Shown here: piece after piece, positions 23,084 through 37,337 of the stretch | Numbering within the stretch: the first letter of the stretch is position 1 | How the letters are laid out: each line of letters begins with the position of its first letter | The notes under the pieces: generated by a model | Databases searched by the model: none | What the model saw: the letters and a program-made list of their open reading frames with translations, nothing else | What the model was told of the DNA's origin: nothing | Source: Bugula neritina | Lineage: Eukaryota; Animalia; Bryozoa | Direction of reading: 5' to 3' | Assembly (NCBI GenBank): GCA_964035545.1 | Contig: CAXIUT010000218.1 | Span: 1 to 37,337 of the forward strand | Length of the DNA stretch: 37,337 nt | Program-made: the position numbers and the translations under genes

Positions 23084-23927
23084 ATGATTGGATTTAAAAA
23101 AGAGGACGGATTGTCTTGGACTATTCTAGTTATCGTAATTACCATTCTCTATTTTGTCTTTAGTGATGGAAAATTCTCAATTATCTTCACTCTTGCAGGT
23201 ACTGTTCAGACATTTGGATTCGCTCTTATTACCATCAAAATAAAAAGATCGAGAACAGTAACTGGTCTTTCTCGTTAAACTTTCATCTGCTATACTATTA
23301 TATTTGGCGTAAGAGCTCTATTATTCATGTTTTATCGAGTAATTTATCAATTATTTAGGGATATCTACCTGATGATACAACTGGAGATCTCATCTTTAGG
23401 ATACAATAATTGGCAGCAACAGCTCTATCAGCCTTTATTCTTTATTGTATCATGGTCACTTACAAATCCAGCTATAATCAAGAATTAGATGTCATCAAAT
23501 CATATTATCTCATTGCAATCGCTTTTGTCTTAGCTATTTTTTTCCATTCCAATCTTAACCGATCACTTATTGGTGATTTCTTCTGGGCTTTTAGTCAATA
23601 TCTTTAAACAATTGCCATCCTCAGTCAATTTGTTCTTTTCAGAAACAAAGTAATTCCTTTATTATGCAGCAAGGAGATATCTAAACTTATACTTCTCACT
23701 TTGTTGCAGCTCAAGCTATCTCTCGTGTACTATTTATCATTTTCTGGGTCTTTACCTATGCAGAGCTCAACACAGATAAAGCAAGTAGTCTCTTATCAGA
23801 GTATGTGGGCTATTGGTTCATGCTTAGTCAAATTATACATTTATTCATCATGGCAGACTTCATGTATTACTGGTTTAAAGCAATGAAAAGCGGATCTGGA
23901 GTCATACAGCTGCCAGTTTATATCTGA
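23084..23927 (+). CDS. ER lumen protein-retaining receptor family (ERD2-related)
   Basis: Motifs TVTGLSRET, GYLPDDTTGD, WAFSQYLETIAILSQF, TYTSHFV and MADFMYYW. Introns at 23339-23358 and 23650-23669. Confidence 0.9.
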
Positions 23928-24001
23928 TCATCTATTCATATCACTATTTTCATATTCTAAAGATATTCAAGTCATTTGAAAACTGTCTATAAATATTAAT
24001 A

Positions 24002-25163
24002 ATGGAGAATTCAGGAAGCATCGGACAGGAGGTCATCAATTCAGTTAGTTTCAATGAAGACAGATCTTTTATCGCTCTAGCAACCTCAACAGGTTTTAAA
24101 GTCTATAGTACATAGCCTTTCGCATTGAGACATAGTCGGGATTTCGGAACACCACTTCAGTTTGTTGAATTAGTAGGAAAAACTAACTTAATAGGAATTG
24201 TGGGATCTAATTAGACTCCATTTACGCCTCCGAATCGTCTTGCTTTATTTGATGATAGTAAGTATCTCTATATTTTTTAAAGAAACACAAAAGATTATTG
24301 CTGACCTATCTTTCTGTTCCCATATCAAACAAATCAAAATAAGACTAAATAAAATAGTTGTGGCTCTTTTCAACAAAGTTTTTCTTATCGATTTATTTAC
24401 TCTATAAATTGAACATGTAATTGAAACTTCGGAATTCTAAGAAAATTAAGTCTATAACATGATATCTCTTTCAAGTTAAGAATCTAACTTTATTTTAGCT
24501 GCTCCTAGTATATAAATTGGGCATGTTTCTCTCATATATCTGTCAAGAAATACATAGAGAAAAGTAAAAGCTCATCAATCTAGTAATTAGCTGACTATTT
24601 TTAGTTCTTAGCGCTGTTCTTTTGACATAAAATGGATAAAAACTAGCTACAACATCAGAAAAAGGAATTCAAGTTAGAGTATTCGATACAAGAAATGGAC
24701 ATATGATCCATGAAGTACGAAGAGGAAATTAATTTGCTACTATTTACTCTCTGACATTTAGTCAAGGAGGTACTTGGCTTGCTGTGAGTAGTGATTCCAA
24801 TAATCTTCACATTTTTGCAGTTAAGCCAACTGATACTGAAGTAGATGTTTGATTATATAGAAACTAAGATAGTATAAAAAAAATAGTGAAGAAGAAATAC
24901 AAAATCCAAAAAGTGCACTTTATTTTCTAAAGGGTATTTTCCCTTTTTTCGATGCTTAGTATAGTTTTTGTCAACATAAATATGAAGAGTATAATCCTGA
25001 GATGAAAACTTGGCTAACATTTGGAAATAACAATGATAATCTAATATCAATCAGTAATTTTGAATCATACTAAAAAGTAGAGTTAAATCAGAAGGGCGGA
25101 AAGTGCAGAATAATAGAAAAAAGTTCGTAAATACTCAGCAAAGATATTTTGCCAAAAAAATGA
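24002..25163 (+). CDS. ATG18: PROPPIN WD-repeat protein (ATG18/WIPI family)
   Basis: Motifs VSFNED, GFKVYSTEP, AHQS, LATTSEKG..VRVF and EVRRG (variant of FRRG). Introns of 25, 22 and 20 nt. Confidence 0.85.
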
Positions 25164-25460
25164 TTCAATGTTGAAAAAAAAATAGTTTAAGAAGTTCATA
25201 ATATTTAAAATTGATTTAAATTTAATATATTGAGTCTTGAAATCGATTTTGACAATAGTTTTAATCGAATAAATGAATAAATATCGTTAAAATAAAAGTT
25301 ATTAATCAGAGAAAATCATAACAAATTGGTTTTAATTTGTTGTTTAGGAAAATTGCAATTTTTGAATACAATTCTTTTAATATTCTTTTCAGGTAAACGC
25401 CGTTTAAATTAGGATTGTTGTTAATTATAATTCATTTAAAACTCTTCCAAAGATTCAAAA

Positions 25461-26004
25461 ATGTAGGATTTCATGAAGTTTGATTTAAAAACTAACGGAA
25501 GATGGACCAAAGAAGAACATCTTAAGTTCCTTGAAGGTATCTCTCTTTTTACCCTTAGGACTTCGTATTTATGGTAAAAACTGGAAGAAAATCGAACAGT
25601 TATTGCAAACAAGAACTGGCTCCCAGATACGTTCCCATGCCCAAAAGTTCTTCCTGAAGACCAAGACCGACTAGTTAGGAGAATCCAACGACCTCTGCCC
25701 TGGAAGCGGTGATTTTCAGGAATAGCATTAATAGATCACACAGAATTCAAAATCTCTAAGTGATGCTGGAATAAAAAAATCGAGTCTCTCTTACTACCTA
25801 GTTCGAATGTAAGATTTTAATTTATTTAGTGTTGACTATTCAAGCAAGAGAAGTGATTTAGACTTCTGGGAAGGCCTTGTTGACTTTAAGGGAGTAACTG
25901 ATAGTTCGAATCAACAAGCTTCTAAAAATTCATTCATTAACTTTGGAGATACGGAATAAAGTTCTCTGATAGATGGACAACCAAAGAAAAAGATCAAAAT
26001 CTGA
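25461..26004 (+). CDS. Myb-like transcription factor, SHAQKY/F class
   Basis: GRWTKEEHLKFLEGLRIYGKNWKKIE...TRTGSQIRSHAQKFF. Introns of 22 and 21 nt. C-terminal PKKKIK looks like an NLS. Confidence 0.92.
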
Positions 26005-26135
26005 ACTTTCCTGATCATATTTTTCCATTTAGCCCTTCTTAATTTTATTGCCCTTTTATTAAGATCTTCAATAACTCTACTATAAATCTTATTGATGAAA
26101 GTAAATCATAGTTAATCAGTAGCTGATAGTAAAAA

Positions 26136-27632
26136 TCAAAGACTGCTTCCAAGAGCGATCAAAAATTCTTCATAGCTGATTTATCCGTCTTTATCAAGAT
26201 CTGCTTCTTTCATAATATCTGTCGCAACTCTCATAGGTAATTCAAGTCCCATCTTTTCTATCTGTTGATATAGCTCTTGCCTGCTGATTTTTCCACTTTT
26301 ATCTTGATCGAAATATTTGAATATATAGTCTAAATAATCTTTTTTGAGGCAATAGTCTTCATGTAGCATTGAAGCAACAAATTAATTATAATTTATTTTA
26401 CCATTTTTATCCATATCCATGCTTTTGAGAACATAATGCAGTTCATTGTATGTAGGCTTCACTCCCTGCTTCTTCAATGTTCTCTCTATTTCATCCACTG
26501 AAAGGTATCCATCATTGTTTGAATCGACTTGACTGAAAAGTAAACTTAAGTTTTAAATTTCTTTTGATGGAAGTTGTGAAGCAATAAAAGCTAATACAAC
26601 AGCTTTTAATCTTGAAAAAGTTGAAAATTTCTTCATTTTTGAATAATCTAATTCTATTGATAAACCTTTAAACTGTTCTTCTTGTTGAACCCAAGGATGT
26701 CGAAGGATTTAATCAAGGGTAAGTCTCTTTTCAACTGGTACCAAAATTTTAGCAATTAACTCTCTCAAAAGAGGACTAAGGTTTTGAACTTAAGGGTCTA
26801 AATAGTGAATGAAATACTTTAGACATATGACTAGTGTTTAACTTTATGCAAGATATCTTGGTCATTTTATCCAGGAAAAGGAGCAGTTGCAGTTGTTATG
26901 ACGTGTAAGAGTACTCCAAGTGCCCATATGTCACACCTTTCATCATAATCTTTTTTGAGAATTTAAGGTGAAACATAATATGAAGTTCCAACTATTTTAT
27001 TGCTGCCAGATTATTCCATTTCACTTTTCATATCATTCTTCCAATGAAAAGACAATCCAAAATCAATCATCGTTATTTAGTTATCTTCAGCTCTTTTGAA
27101 TAAGAAGTTCTAAGCTTTTAGATCTCGATGACATATTTTTTGAAGGTGTAAATATTTAACTGCCTTAACCATCTGAATAAAAATATATCGAGCCTTATCT
27201 TCAGAAAAACATCCATATTAATCAATTCTATCAAATAGCTATCCTCCTTCACACAAACTAAATCAAAATAGTTATACTCAGCAACAAGGTAGAGGTAGTT
27301 TTAATCCTCGTAAGTTTCATAGAGTCTGATCACATAAGGATGATCCAGTAAACTCAAGATATTGATTTAGTTTTTAAGTACTTAAGGGTTTTTAATGAAT
27401 TTCTTATTGATTACTTTGACACATCTCTCAGAGTAGGGAGGTTATTTAAGAGTTGCTTGATAAACTGTGCCATAACCACCACGACCAATTGGCTAAATAA
27501 TTGAAGAGATACCTTATGATGAAACTTATAGATGGTTTTAATGTTCTCTTTTCTGGATTGTATGAAATAATCCTTTTTGATCGCTGTTTTTGTTGAGATG
27601 GGGGTATAAGGGGACAAACACTCTACTTACAT
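26136..27632 (-). CDS. Calcium-dependent protein kinase, paralog 1
   Basis: Kinase motifs GRGGYG, CHRDLKAENF, DFG and YYVSPE, plus four EF hands (DSNNDG, DMDKNG, DQDKSG, DLDKDG). Three 20-nt introns. Confidence 0.95.
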
Positions 27633-27799
27633 TGCCAATATAATTTGATTATCAATCTTCCAATAATAGCTTAATAAATTATTTTGTAATAATTGATCAG
27701 AAATACTGATTTTAAACCAACTACTAAGTATTTAAATATTTTAAAATATCTAAATCTTACAATAGTAACTATTTATATGATAAAGATAGACACATCATA

Positions 27800-29311
<1,512 letters not shown>

Positions 29312-29482
29312 TATCTTTTTTATAATACAAATGCCTATAGTTGAATTAATTTTAATATTATGAAACAGTTTAGAAGCAATATCGATTGAAATTAAAAATA
29401 AACCAATTAAATGAAGCATAAATATAATGAATTATTGATTGTTCCAGCATAGCTTTTGAAAAAGCAAAACAAAGTAAAAAAG

Positions 29483-29553
29483 CGAGCACACTGGGAATCG
29501 AACCCAGGTCTTAGGACCCGAAATCCCATGCACTACCACTATGCTATGCGCCC
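29483..29553 (-). tRNA. tRNA with anticodon TCG (nominally Arg), 71 nt
   Basis: Cloverleaf: acceptor GGGCGCA/TGTGCTC, D arm GCAT..GTGC, anticodon stem TGGGA/TCCTA around loop TT-TCG-GG, T arm CTGGG-TTCGATT-CCCAG. A T6 Pol III terminator follows. Confidence 0.88.
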
Positions 29554-29599
29554 TGTTCAGTAATAGAATACTCATTCTTTATTATCTTCTATATTAATA

Positions 29600-30502
29600 T
29601 CAAAAATCACTTTCTTTACTATTAAATCCTTTCTCAACTTTATTGTTATTTTCATCTTTATCTTTATTTTTATTTCGATAAACAAAATCTTTTATGATAT
29701 CTCCATCGAATTCGGTAAGATTTTCTTATTTATCTGAATCTTTAAACCCTATTTTATTACTTACTTTAGCTCTCCTCTTTTTTCGATGAATTGTCTCAAT
29801 TTCCTTTAAATGGTTTTTTACTTCATAATCATAATGAATTTCTTCTTTATTTGTTAAACCATGACTTTGTGATCTATTCTTGATATGGTGACCAAAGTTG
29901 TTCGGTAACTCTTAAACTTTACGATGTTTTCCAGCGAACATTTTTTCACCATATTTTGTTCTTAAAGAACTCAGACCATGATGTTTATTTGCTATTTTTG
30001 AAACAGAACTTTCTTTAGGACTGCTTAACTATTTTTTATCGTAAAGAGTACCCATTGTTTGCATTTATTGATCTATCATTATATCCCTTTTTGATGGTTT
30101 CTTTTCGACCCAAAGTGATTACTTCTTTTTCTTTGATGTATTAGTTTATTGAAACTGTCTACTATCAACTTTAGGAAGAAGTTAATGAGTTGCTGGATAT
30201 TAAAGTTAATAGTCATACCCTTTAAACTTATCAAAATGAACATGATTTTTCTGATAGATTGTCATAGCTTTAACTAGTTAAGTGACTGTACATGATGATT
30301 TTGGTTAAAGATATTTACTACTTTCCATTGACTTCAGTTGATGATGAATTTTGATTACAAGAGAAACAAATTTTTATTCATCAGCTTCTTAGTTTTTATA
30401 AAATTTGATTATTCTCTTCTGAAGAATATAAAGAAGAGAGTCAATGCATTGATCATAAGTCTCTTATTGTGCCCTTGTTGCAAATCCTGAATATATTGAC
30501 AT
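29600..30502 (-). CDS. Hypothetical protein, 300 aa (N-terminus MSIYSGFATR)
   Basis: In-frame ATG 30502 and TGA 29600. Ordered helical N-terminal part and a low-complexity C-terminal part. Confidence 0.7.
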
Positions 30503-30543
30503 ATTATAAATAACATTTAAATAAAACTATAACTTTAGATGAA

Positions 30544-31406
30544 TCAAAACATACAGCTTTCATAGGTGGGAATCATATACTTGATATTGATGTAAGCATC
30601 TTCTCCTCCATGCTTTTATAAAATCTACAAGGTTTCCTGAATCAAATCTGCCAAATTTTCATTCTTCTTTTGAGCATAATCGATTTTATCACCAATATTC
30701 ACTACTTTAAAAGATAACTACATCTCTTGTTCTTGAACATGTTGAATACAGGTAAAATTTGTCTGTAGTAAGGGACCAATGCCTCTCCTATCATCTCACC
30801 TGATAACACTAATCTTTGAATTTTCTTTAATGTTGCACACATAATTCCATGATCTTTTGTTGACAAAGCCTCTAAATTAAAGAATATTAACTCTTAATAG
30901 GAATAATAAGTTGAGGCAAAACTGGAAGTAATTTATTGGGACTTTTTTCAATCAATTAGTCAATTCCTTGACAAGCCAAAAATTTATATGGATCTTGAGT
31001 TTCTCTGAGTCCTTCAAAAAAGATAGGAAGATGCAAATGATAGTCCAAGTGTTCAGGTTCCATTTTCCATGTTAGCTAAATAAAAATATATTTACTTTTC
31101 TGAGAGCTCCATGGAAAGAAACTCCTACGGGTAGGTCTCCACGATCATAATATTTTTTGAAAAGAGTTGTTTCTCCTAATTTTCTATGCTAAAAATAGAA
31201 ATACGAATCACAAGCAAATATCCCTGACTTTGGGGCTTTTTAAAGTGATTTTGCTTTTTTTGGTGCAAGAGATGAACAGTCTGATTATTAAGATTTTTAC
31301 TTCCTCCACTACCTGTAAATTTGTGATTAATGTTCATAAGATTAGCGAGATCTTTTGTTTTTTTCTGTTCTGGAGAGTATGCTCTTTTTTTTGCTGGGTA
31401 CAACAT
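30544..31406 (-). CDS. PACRG: Parkin co-regulated gene protein (axonemal inner junction)
   Basis: Motifs [48 protein letters not shown] and [19 protein letters not shown]. Five introns of 20-21 nt. Confidence 0.95.
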
Positions 31407-31731
31407 TTATAAGTTTCAATAAGTAATATTAGATATAGATTAATAAAATATCGATTTAAAAGCTTAAAAAAATTATCAATATAACTTTGCTAAGAATATT
31501 ATTTTGAAATAAGTTCTTCATTTTAATAAAAATGGCAATATCTAAAAATTTATGATATTTATCGCTTGAATAGATCTCCATATCATTTCCTAGCATCTAA
31601 ATGACAGATATTTCTTTTATAATTCATATGATATCTGTTTAAGATGATAAAAAAGAAAATATTTATTCTTTTTTTACCTAAATTAATATTTTTGATTAAA
31701 AATATATTTTATATTTCATCATAAATCTTGG

Positions 31732-32330
31732 ATGGGCAGAGTTAGAACTAAAACAGTCAAAAGAGCAGCTAAAGTTCTTCTAGAAAAACACTACCAAAAA
31801 CTTACCAATGACTTCCATATAAATAAAAAAATTCTTTCAGAGGTTGCAAAGGTGCCAACTAAGAGTCTCAGAAACAAAATCGCTGGATTTGCCACACATC
31901 TTGTGAAACGTATCCAAAAAGGCCCTGTTAAAGGAATCTCTCTTAAAGTTCAATAAGAGTAAAGATAAAGAAGACTTGACTGGGTTCCTAAATAATCTTA
32001 AATCAATATCGATAAGGTAAATAATGATTTATTTAGGTCTCTATTGATTCAGAAACTAATGATATGATCAAGAGACGATGTGGAGAAGATTTTGCAGCTA
32101 AATTGAGTCAAAATATTGAAATTAAGACTTTTGAGACTGCTAGAAAAGGATAAAACAGAGGAAAAAGAAGACCTAGAGAATAAAAAAGAGGATAAAGAAA
32201 GCAAAGAGAGCCTAAAGAATAGAAAAAAGAAGAAAAAAGTCAATAAGCTCCTAAATAATAAAAAGTAGAAGAAAAGAATGCTCCTAAACGTGAAGGTAGA
32301 AGAAGAGGAGCCCGTGAAGGACAAGAATGA
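31732..32330 (+). CDS. RPS17: 40S ribosomal protein S17 (eS17) with charged C-terminal extension
   Basis: [13 protein letters not shown]...GISLKVQEEERERR. Intron at 32017-32036, TGA at 32328-32330, 192 aa. Confidence 0.97.
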
Positions 32331-32394
32331 TTTGTACTTAGAGGATAAATAACAGTAAGGTTTTTTTTATTACAAATTTTCTAAAATAATAAGA

Positions 32395-32859
32395 TCATCC
32401 AGGTATTCTTCGAGAAAAGGAAGAACTCAAAAGTTTATTTTGCTTTTTTATTTTTTGGAATAGACCTTATTTCTTTAATATCTTACCAACTTTATTTTTG
32501 CTTCTTTTTTCCAGATCTTAAATAACTCTTTTTATTCTTTAATTTTCTTCTTTAAATTAAGATCCCAACCTTTAAAGTTCTTTTGATAGACTACCTTGAT
32601 AACTAGATTTAGAAAAGTGACAAGAAGTTTTATCTAGAGTAGACATTCCATCTTATCGAACTTTATATTGAGGCTTTTAAATATCTTGAGTCGATTGATG
32701 ATCTAGGATGTATCGATCAAGCCCATCTGTCATTATTTTTCGATGCTTGCTTTTTTTCATAACTTGAGTATCTTTTAGTTGAGGAGAACTAGCTATTTTA
32801 GGATGAGATCGGCTACTTCGAGAACTATCCTTTCTTTTTCTTTCTTTCTTTTTTTCCAT
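32395..32859 (-). CDS. Hypothetical basic protein, 154 aa
   Basis: Open frame from ATG 32859 to TGA 32395. Confidence 0.55.
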
Positions 32860-33014
32860 TAAATTATATTCTATGAAAGAAGGAATATTGCCAACATCTT
32901 TTTTAAAAATAAAGTAACATCTGAATTAAGTTTAATTTACTTAGAAAATTGAAATTACCTTATGTTTTTGAGAGGTCGATATTTTGTATAAGATAATAAA
33001 TTTCAAGATTAGTT

Positions 33015-33506
33015 ATGTAGGCTCTTGCGGCTCATTTGAAGCGTCGAAATCATAAAATGCTTGAAGAAGAGCTCTCACTTCCAAAAATTCCAGAATATAC
33101 AAACAATCAATTTCAGAAAACTTCAGTAAGGATCAAAAAATCAAAACCTGTTATTAAATATGTTTCATAAACTACTTTTAGTCCTCAATAATAACAAGTT
33201 CATGATCAAGTAAGACTTGTCCTTCAAAAGAAGTAGCCAATAATTTCATAATAAAACTAAAGAATATTGTAGCTTTTAAGAGGAAGAGAACCTATCAAGT
33301 AGAAAAAGTTTTTTCCTAAAATTAGATAAAATAACACTTCAACAGAGTAAAAAAGAGTTTCTAACCATAAAATAAGTCGAAATTTATCTTCAAGAAAAAA
33401 AACTAAAAGTGCATACATGAAAGGTAATCTTGATACAATTTTTCAAGACCCAAATTAATTTATGAAAAATTATTTTGCAGATATAAACGATAAAATGAAA
33501 AGATGA
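33015..33506 (+). CDS. Hypothetical protein, 163 aa
   Basis: In-frame ATG 33015 and TGA 33504-33506 (MEALAAHLKRRNHK...). Confidence 0.55.
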
Positions 33507-33608
33507 ATTATTTAAAGCTTTCTAATACAATTTTTTCATGATTTAAATAAATTATTTGATAAATATTGAAATATGAACAAATTAAACTAACTGATATCAT
33601 GTAAAATT

Positions 33609-35557
33609 TCAAATAGTATTTTCTGAAGCAATAGTTAAAAAGGGATGTTTCAAAATATTTTATCCGTTCATTCTCTACTCAGGATTCTTTTTTATCAAGG
33701 CTTAGATAAAAGAGATAGCATTTTGAGACAAATAAGAAGGAAAATCTATTTTTTACACCTTCATAAATATAAGATTACGTTCATTATTTTTTTCATTGTC
33801 TATTTTCTACTAATATGATAAAAAGGAGCCTTTCCAACTAGTAACTCATAAGCAAGGACTCCTAAACACCAAAGATCAACTGTTGCATCATACTAGCTTC
33901 CTTCTAAAATTTCAGGAGCTACATAGTCAAACGTACCACAATATGTCTTTCTTCTATCAGTGCAGATTGTAGCCCAACCAAAATCACATAATTTACCAAC
34001 TCCGTTAGACATAACAATGTTTTCAGGTTTGATATCACGATGAGCAATACCTTAGGAGTGAAGATAAACTACAGCTGAAACAATATCTTTTAGTTTAGTT
34101 GCGGCATCTTTTTCTTTAAGTGTTTTATTTATTTTCAGATGAGAAAACAATGTACCTTCTTCCATATACTACAATATAAGATAAATGTATTCTGAATCAT
34201 CGAAAAACCCAAATATTTTCAAGACATTTTAGTGATTACAAAAACTTTGTATTTTTATTTCTTGACTTAATTGACTTTACATCATATGCGACTTTATTAC
34301 TTGCTTAGGAATCTTTTTAATAGCAAAAAGAAGGTTTGTTTCTTTATGAAAAGCCTGATAAACAACTCCAAATTTACCTTATCCAAGATTTTTCTTTAAA
34401 TCAAAGTCATAAATGCTAAGTTTTTTCTTTCCTAAACTACTACTATTTTTGATATTTTTTGTTTAAGCAATCTGTCTTAGATCTTTAATATTTTTGTAAT
34501 CTTTAGGTTCTTAAAACTATTTAGTTTTTCTTCCTTTTATCGGTGATTCTATTGAATAATCAGGAATATTTTTAGATGAATGATTTTTAATTTTGGCCCA
34601 GAAAGATTCAGTGCTTTCCAAGGTTTAAACATTCTTGAAATTATTGTTATTTCCTTTTAAATTTGTTTGTTTGTACTCGAAATCAGTTGATCTTTTAGTT
34701 TCTTTGGGAGTGTTATATCCTGAACTGATTTTTTTATACAGATCTCTTGGTTTTTATTTTTCTTCTGGATTTTTATTTGGAAAAGATCCATCGCTTTGTT
34801 TTCTAGATGACTTTATTTATTATTTTTTCTTTAAATAGGTTGGTGAGCCTACATCATATTTAGAAAAGTCAGATGATTTATGTAATTAAAGTTTAAACGT
34901 AGAAGGAGTTTAAAGTGTATTTTTATCTTGAGTTTGTTCACCATAACTTGTTCCATATAGTCTTTTTCTTACTGGAGATTCGACTTCATTTTTATCTTTT
35001 TCATAAGCATAAGATTTTCTAACATTATCAGATACTTTAGTTTCACATATTTTTTGAAGTTACTGGATGATTTGTTCCTTTTTAGATAATCTTTAAATTA
35101 TTTTGGAATAATTATCACCAGTATCGTTTAAAATATGACTTGATTCATACATTTTTGAGTTAGTTTATTTTTTATTTTAATATTTAAAAGATTCTTTTTT
35201 ATCTGGTTCATGGACACTAACTCTCTCAGTTGATATTTGGTACTTTGAGGCTGATTTACATTGATTTAAAGGAATATCGAAAAGATTACCTGTAACGTTG
35301 TCTTTTTTCTCTTTATAGTCAATATTATTGTTTCCTCTTACAGTTGAAACGGTAAGCCTAAACATATTATCATTATTCTTAACTTATAGGTTATTATTGA
35401 AAGAAGGAGGTATTAATAGATTCGGGCTTGGTGCTAATTATAAAGTTTAATTTTGGGTTCTTTTTTGATACATGGAGGAAGATTGTTTACGGGTATCAGC
35501 TACACTAGAAGTATACAGTCTAGAGGATGTATTGCTATCAATTCTTGAGCTAATCAT
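33609..35557 (-). CDS. Aurora-family Ser/Thr kinase with long disordered N-terminus
   Basis: Motifs [21 protein letters not shown] and DFGWA...[15 protein letters not shown]. One 20-nt intron at ~33760-33779. Confidence 0.92.
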
Positions 35558-35868
35558 CTACTTAATTCTTATTAATAAATATAAACTTTCCTAAAAATAT
35601 CAATTTTGGGATAAAAAGAAGACCGTTTTTATATTCCGTAGACTGAAAAAGAATTCTCTTCCTTCAAACATACTAATTTCAAGCAATTATATTTCAATAA
35701 TGCCTATTATTCTTTTAAATGATATACTGATTTTATTGATATAATTTTAAATAAAAACTTATTACTTCTCTAATGAACCCTATAATATATCTAATATAGT
35801 TGTTACAAGAATTAAATTATTAAGTGAATTGATTTTAATAATTTAAAAATACAAAATTAATAATCCAA

Positions 35869-37187
35869 ATGATATCACAGATATTTTTCCTGTCTGCTCG
35901 AGGAGATAGCATAATCAACCGTGATTTTCGTTCTGACCTTATCAAGAACACTCCTGAACTCTTCTATAGGAAAGTTAAACTATCTAAAGGTGATTCTGAA
36001 CCTATCTTCAACATTGAAGGAATCAATTTCGCATATCTTAAAAAATCATCAATCTATGTAGTAGCAACTACTAGATTCAATGTATCTCCTTCTTACCTTC
36101 TTGAATTGCTTAATAGAATTACAATGGTCATCAAAGATTTTTGTGGAGTAATCAATTAATAAACCATCAGAAAGAATTTTGTGTTAGTCTATGAAATATT
36201 AGATGAGATCATTGATTTCGGACATCCACAACTAACCAATACTTCACATATCAAGCCTCTTATTGCAAGTTAAGTGGTCAGTTAGACCAAAAATACAAGT
36301 ATCTTGGACATCAAAAAAATAAGTAATTTCTCTCTTTTCAGTCCTAGCACCATCAATTCTTCAGCTTCTTCAGTCTCAGTCAGTAAAAATAACTCAAACG
36401 ACATCTTTATCGATATTTACTAAAAAATAAACATCTTATTCAACTCATCAGGTTATGTTATTAACTCTTCAATTGATGGTTGTATTCAAATGAAAAGTTA
36501 CCTGATAGGTAACCCATCACTTAAACTTATTCTTAATGATGATCTTACTATTGCAGATACTAATACGCCTGGAAGTATTGTTTTGGATGATTGTAATTTC
36601 CATGAATCTGTTCAGCATAATGAGTTTCTAACTAATAAGGCATTAAAAATTATGCCTCCAGAAGGAGAGTTTATTGTTATGAATTACAGAATTACTACAG
36701 ATTTTAATGCTCCTTTCAAAATATTTCCTTTCTTCGAGACTGAATCTCCTTACAAAGTCATTCTTAAAATCAATGTACTATCTTGATAATATAGTTAAAA
36801 TCAACATATCCCAAAAATACTATTGCATCTTTTATAACAGCCAAGTTTAATGTGCCTAAAAAGGTTTCTAGTATCAATTCTTAAGTAGTTAAGAATCAGG
36901 GTAATCAAAAGGTTGATTACAATGAATCAACGAATTCAGTTGAATGGAATATAAGAAAGATGCCTGGAGATACTGAATATACAATGATGACTAAAATAAC
37001 ATTGCCTCAAGCGACTTCTACTCAGGCTATGAAAGAGACAGGTCCAATAAATATTTCATTTGAAATACCAAATTACAACATATCAGGACTGCAAATAAAA
37101 TCTTTAAAGAGTTTAATGAGTGAAGAAAATCCTAATAAATGGGTGAGGTATATAACAAAAACAAGTTCATATGTATGCAGAATATGA
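35869..37187 (+). CDS. AP4M1: Adaptor complex medium (mu) subunit, AP-4 mu-like
   Basis: Motifs MISQIFFLSARGD..INRDFR, IRKNFVLVYEILDEIIDFG, LDDCNFHESV, PPEGEFIVMNYR and KWVRYIT..SYVCRI. 20-nt intron at 36775-36794. Confidence 0.88.
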
Positions 37188-37244
37188 TTCATTGAGATTA
37201 TTATCTATATACTAATGATATACTATTGACATATTAAAATTATA

Positions 37245-37337
37245 GGGGTTGGGGTTGGGGTTGGGGTTGGGGTTGGGGTTGGGGTTGGGGTTGGGGTTGG
37301 GGTTGGGGTTGGGGTTGGGGTTGGGGTTGGGGTTGGG
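37245..37337 (+). repeat. Right telomere, (GGGGTT)15GGG, 93 nt
   Basis: Perfect G4T2 repeats to the end of the window, starting 57 nt after the AP-4 mu stop. Confidence 0.98.

Overview
AT-rich eukaryotic DNA typical of a ciliate macronucleus. It is capped by (C4A2)n on the left and (G4T2)n on the right, and four more full-length (G4T2)n tracts lie internally. The supplied ORF track is fragmented because the genetic code is non-standard: TAA and TAG both read as Glu and TGA is the only stop (peritrich nuclear code, table 30). Read in that code, about 23 densely packed protein genes and one tRNA fill the window. They include a variant mono-ubiquitin, a TPR protein, two TVP23 paralogs, a UBL/BAG6-like protein, DRC2, a MORN/RSPH10-like protein, PP2C, an inactive calpain-like protein, a vWA/p94-like protein, IFT56, an ERD2-family receptor, ATG18/WIPI, a SHAQKF Myb, two tandem CDPKs, PACRG, RPS17, an Aurora-like kinase and AP-4 mu. 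Most introns are exactly 20 nt. The most striking structure is the four internal telomere tracts. All have the same polarity, end register and length class (6n+3 nt) as the true ends, and each begins 55-74 nt upstream of a minus-strand ATG. Three fall inside a neighbouring gene, and in two of these the reading frame resumes and stops on the far side. This points to alternative, promoter-proximal fragmentation of a collinear precursor into 3-17 kb pieces. The literal internal tracts could be real junctions or read-tiling artefacts. All translations were done by hand, so coordinates may be off by a few bases.
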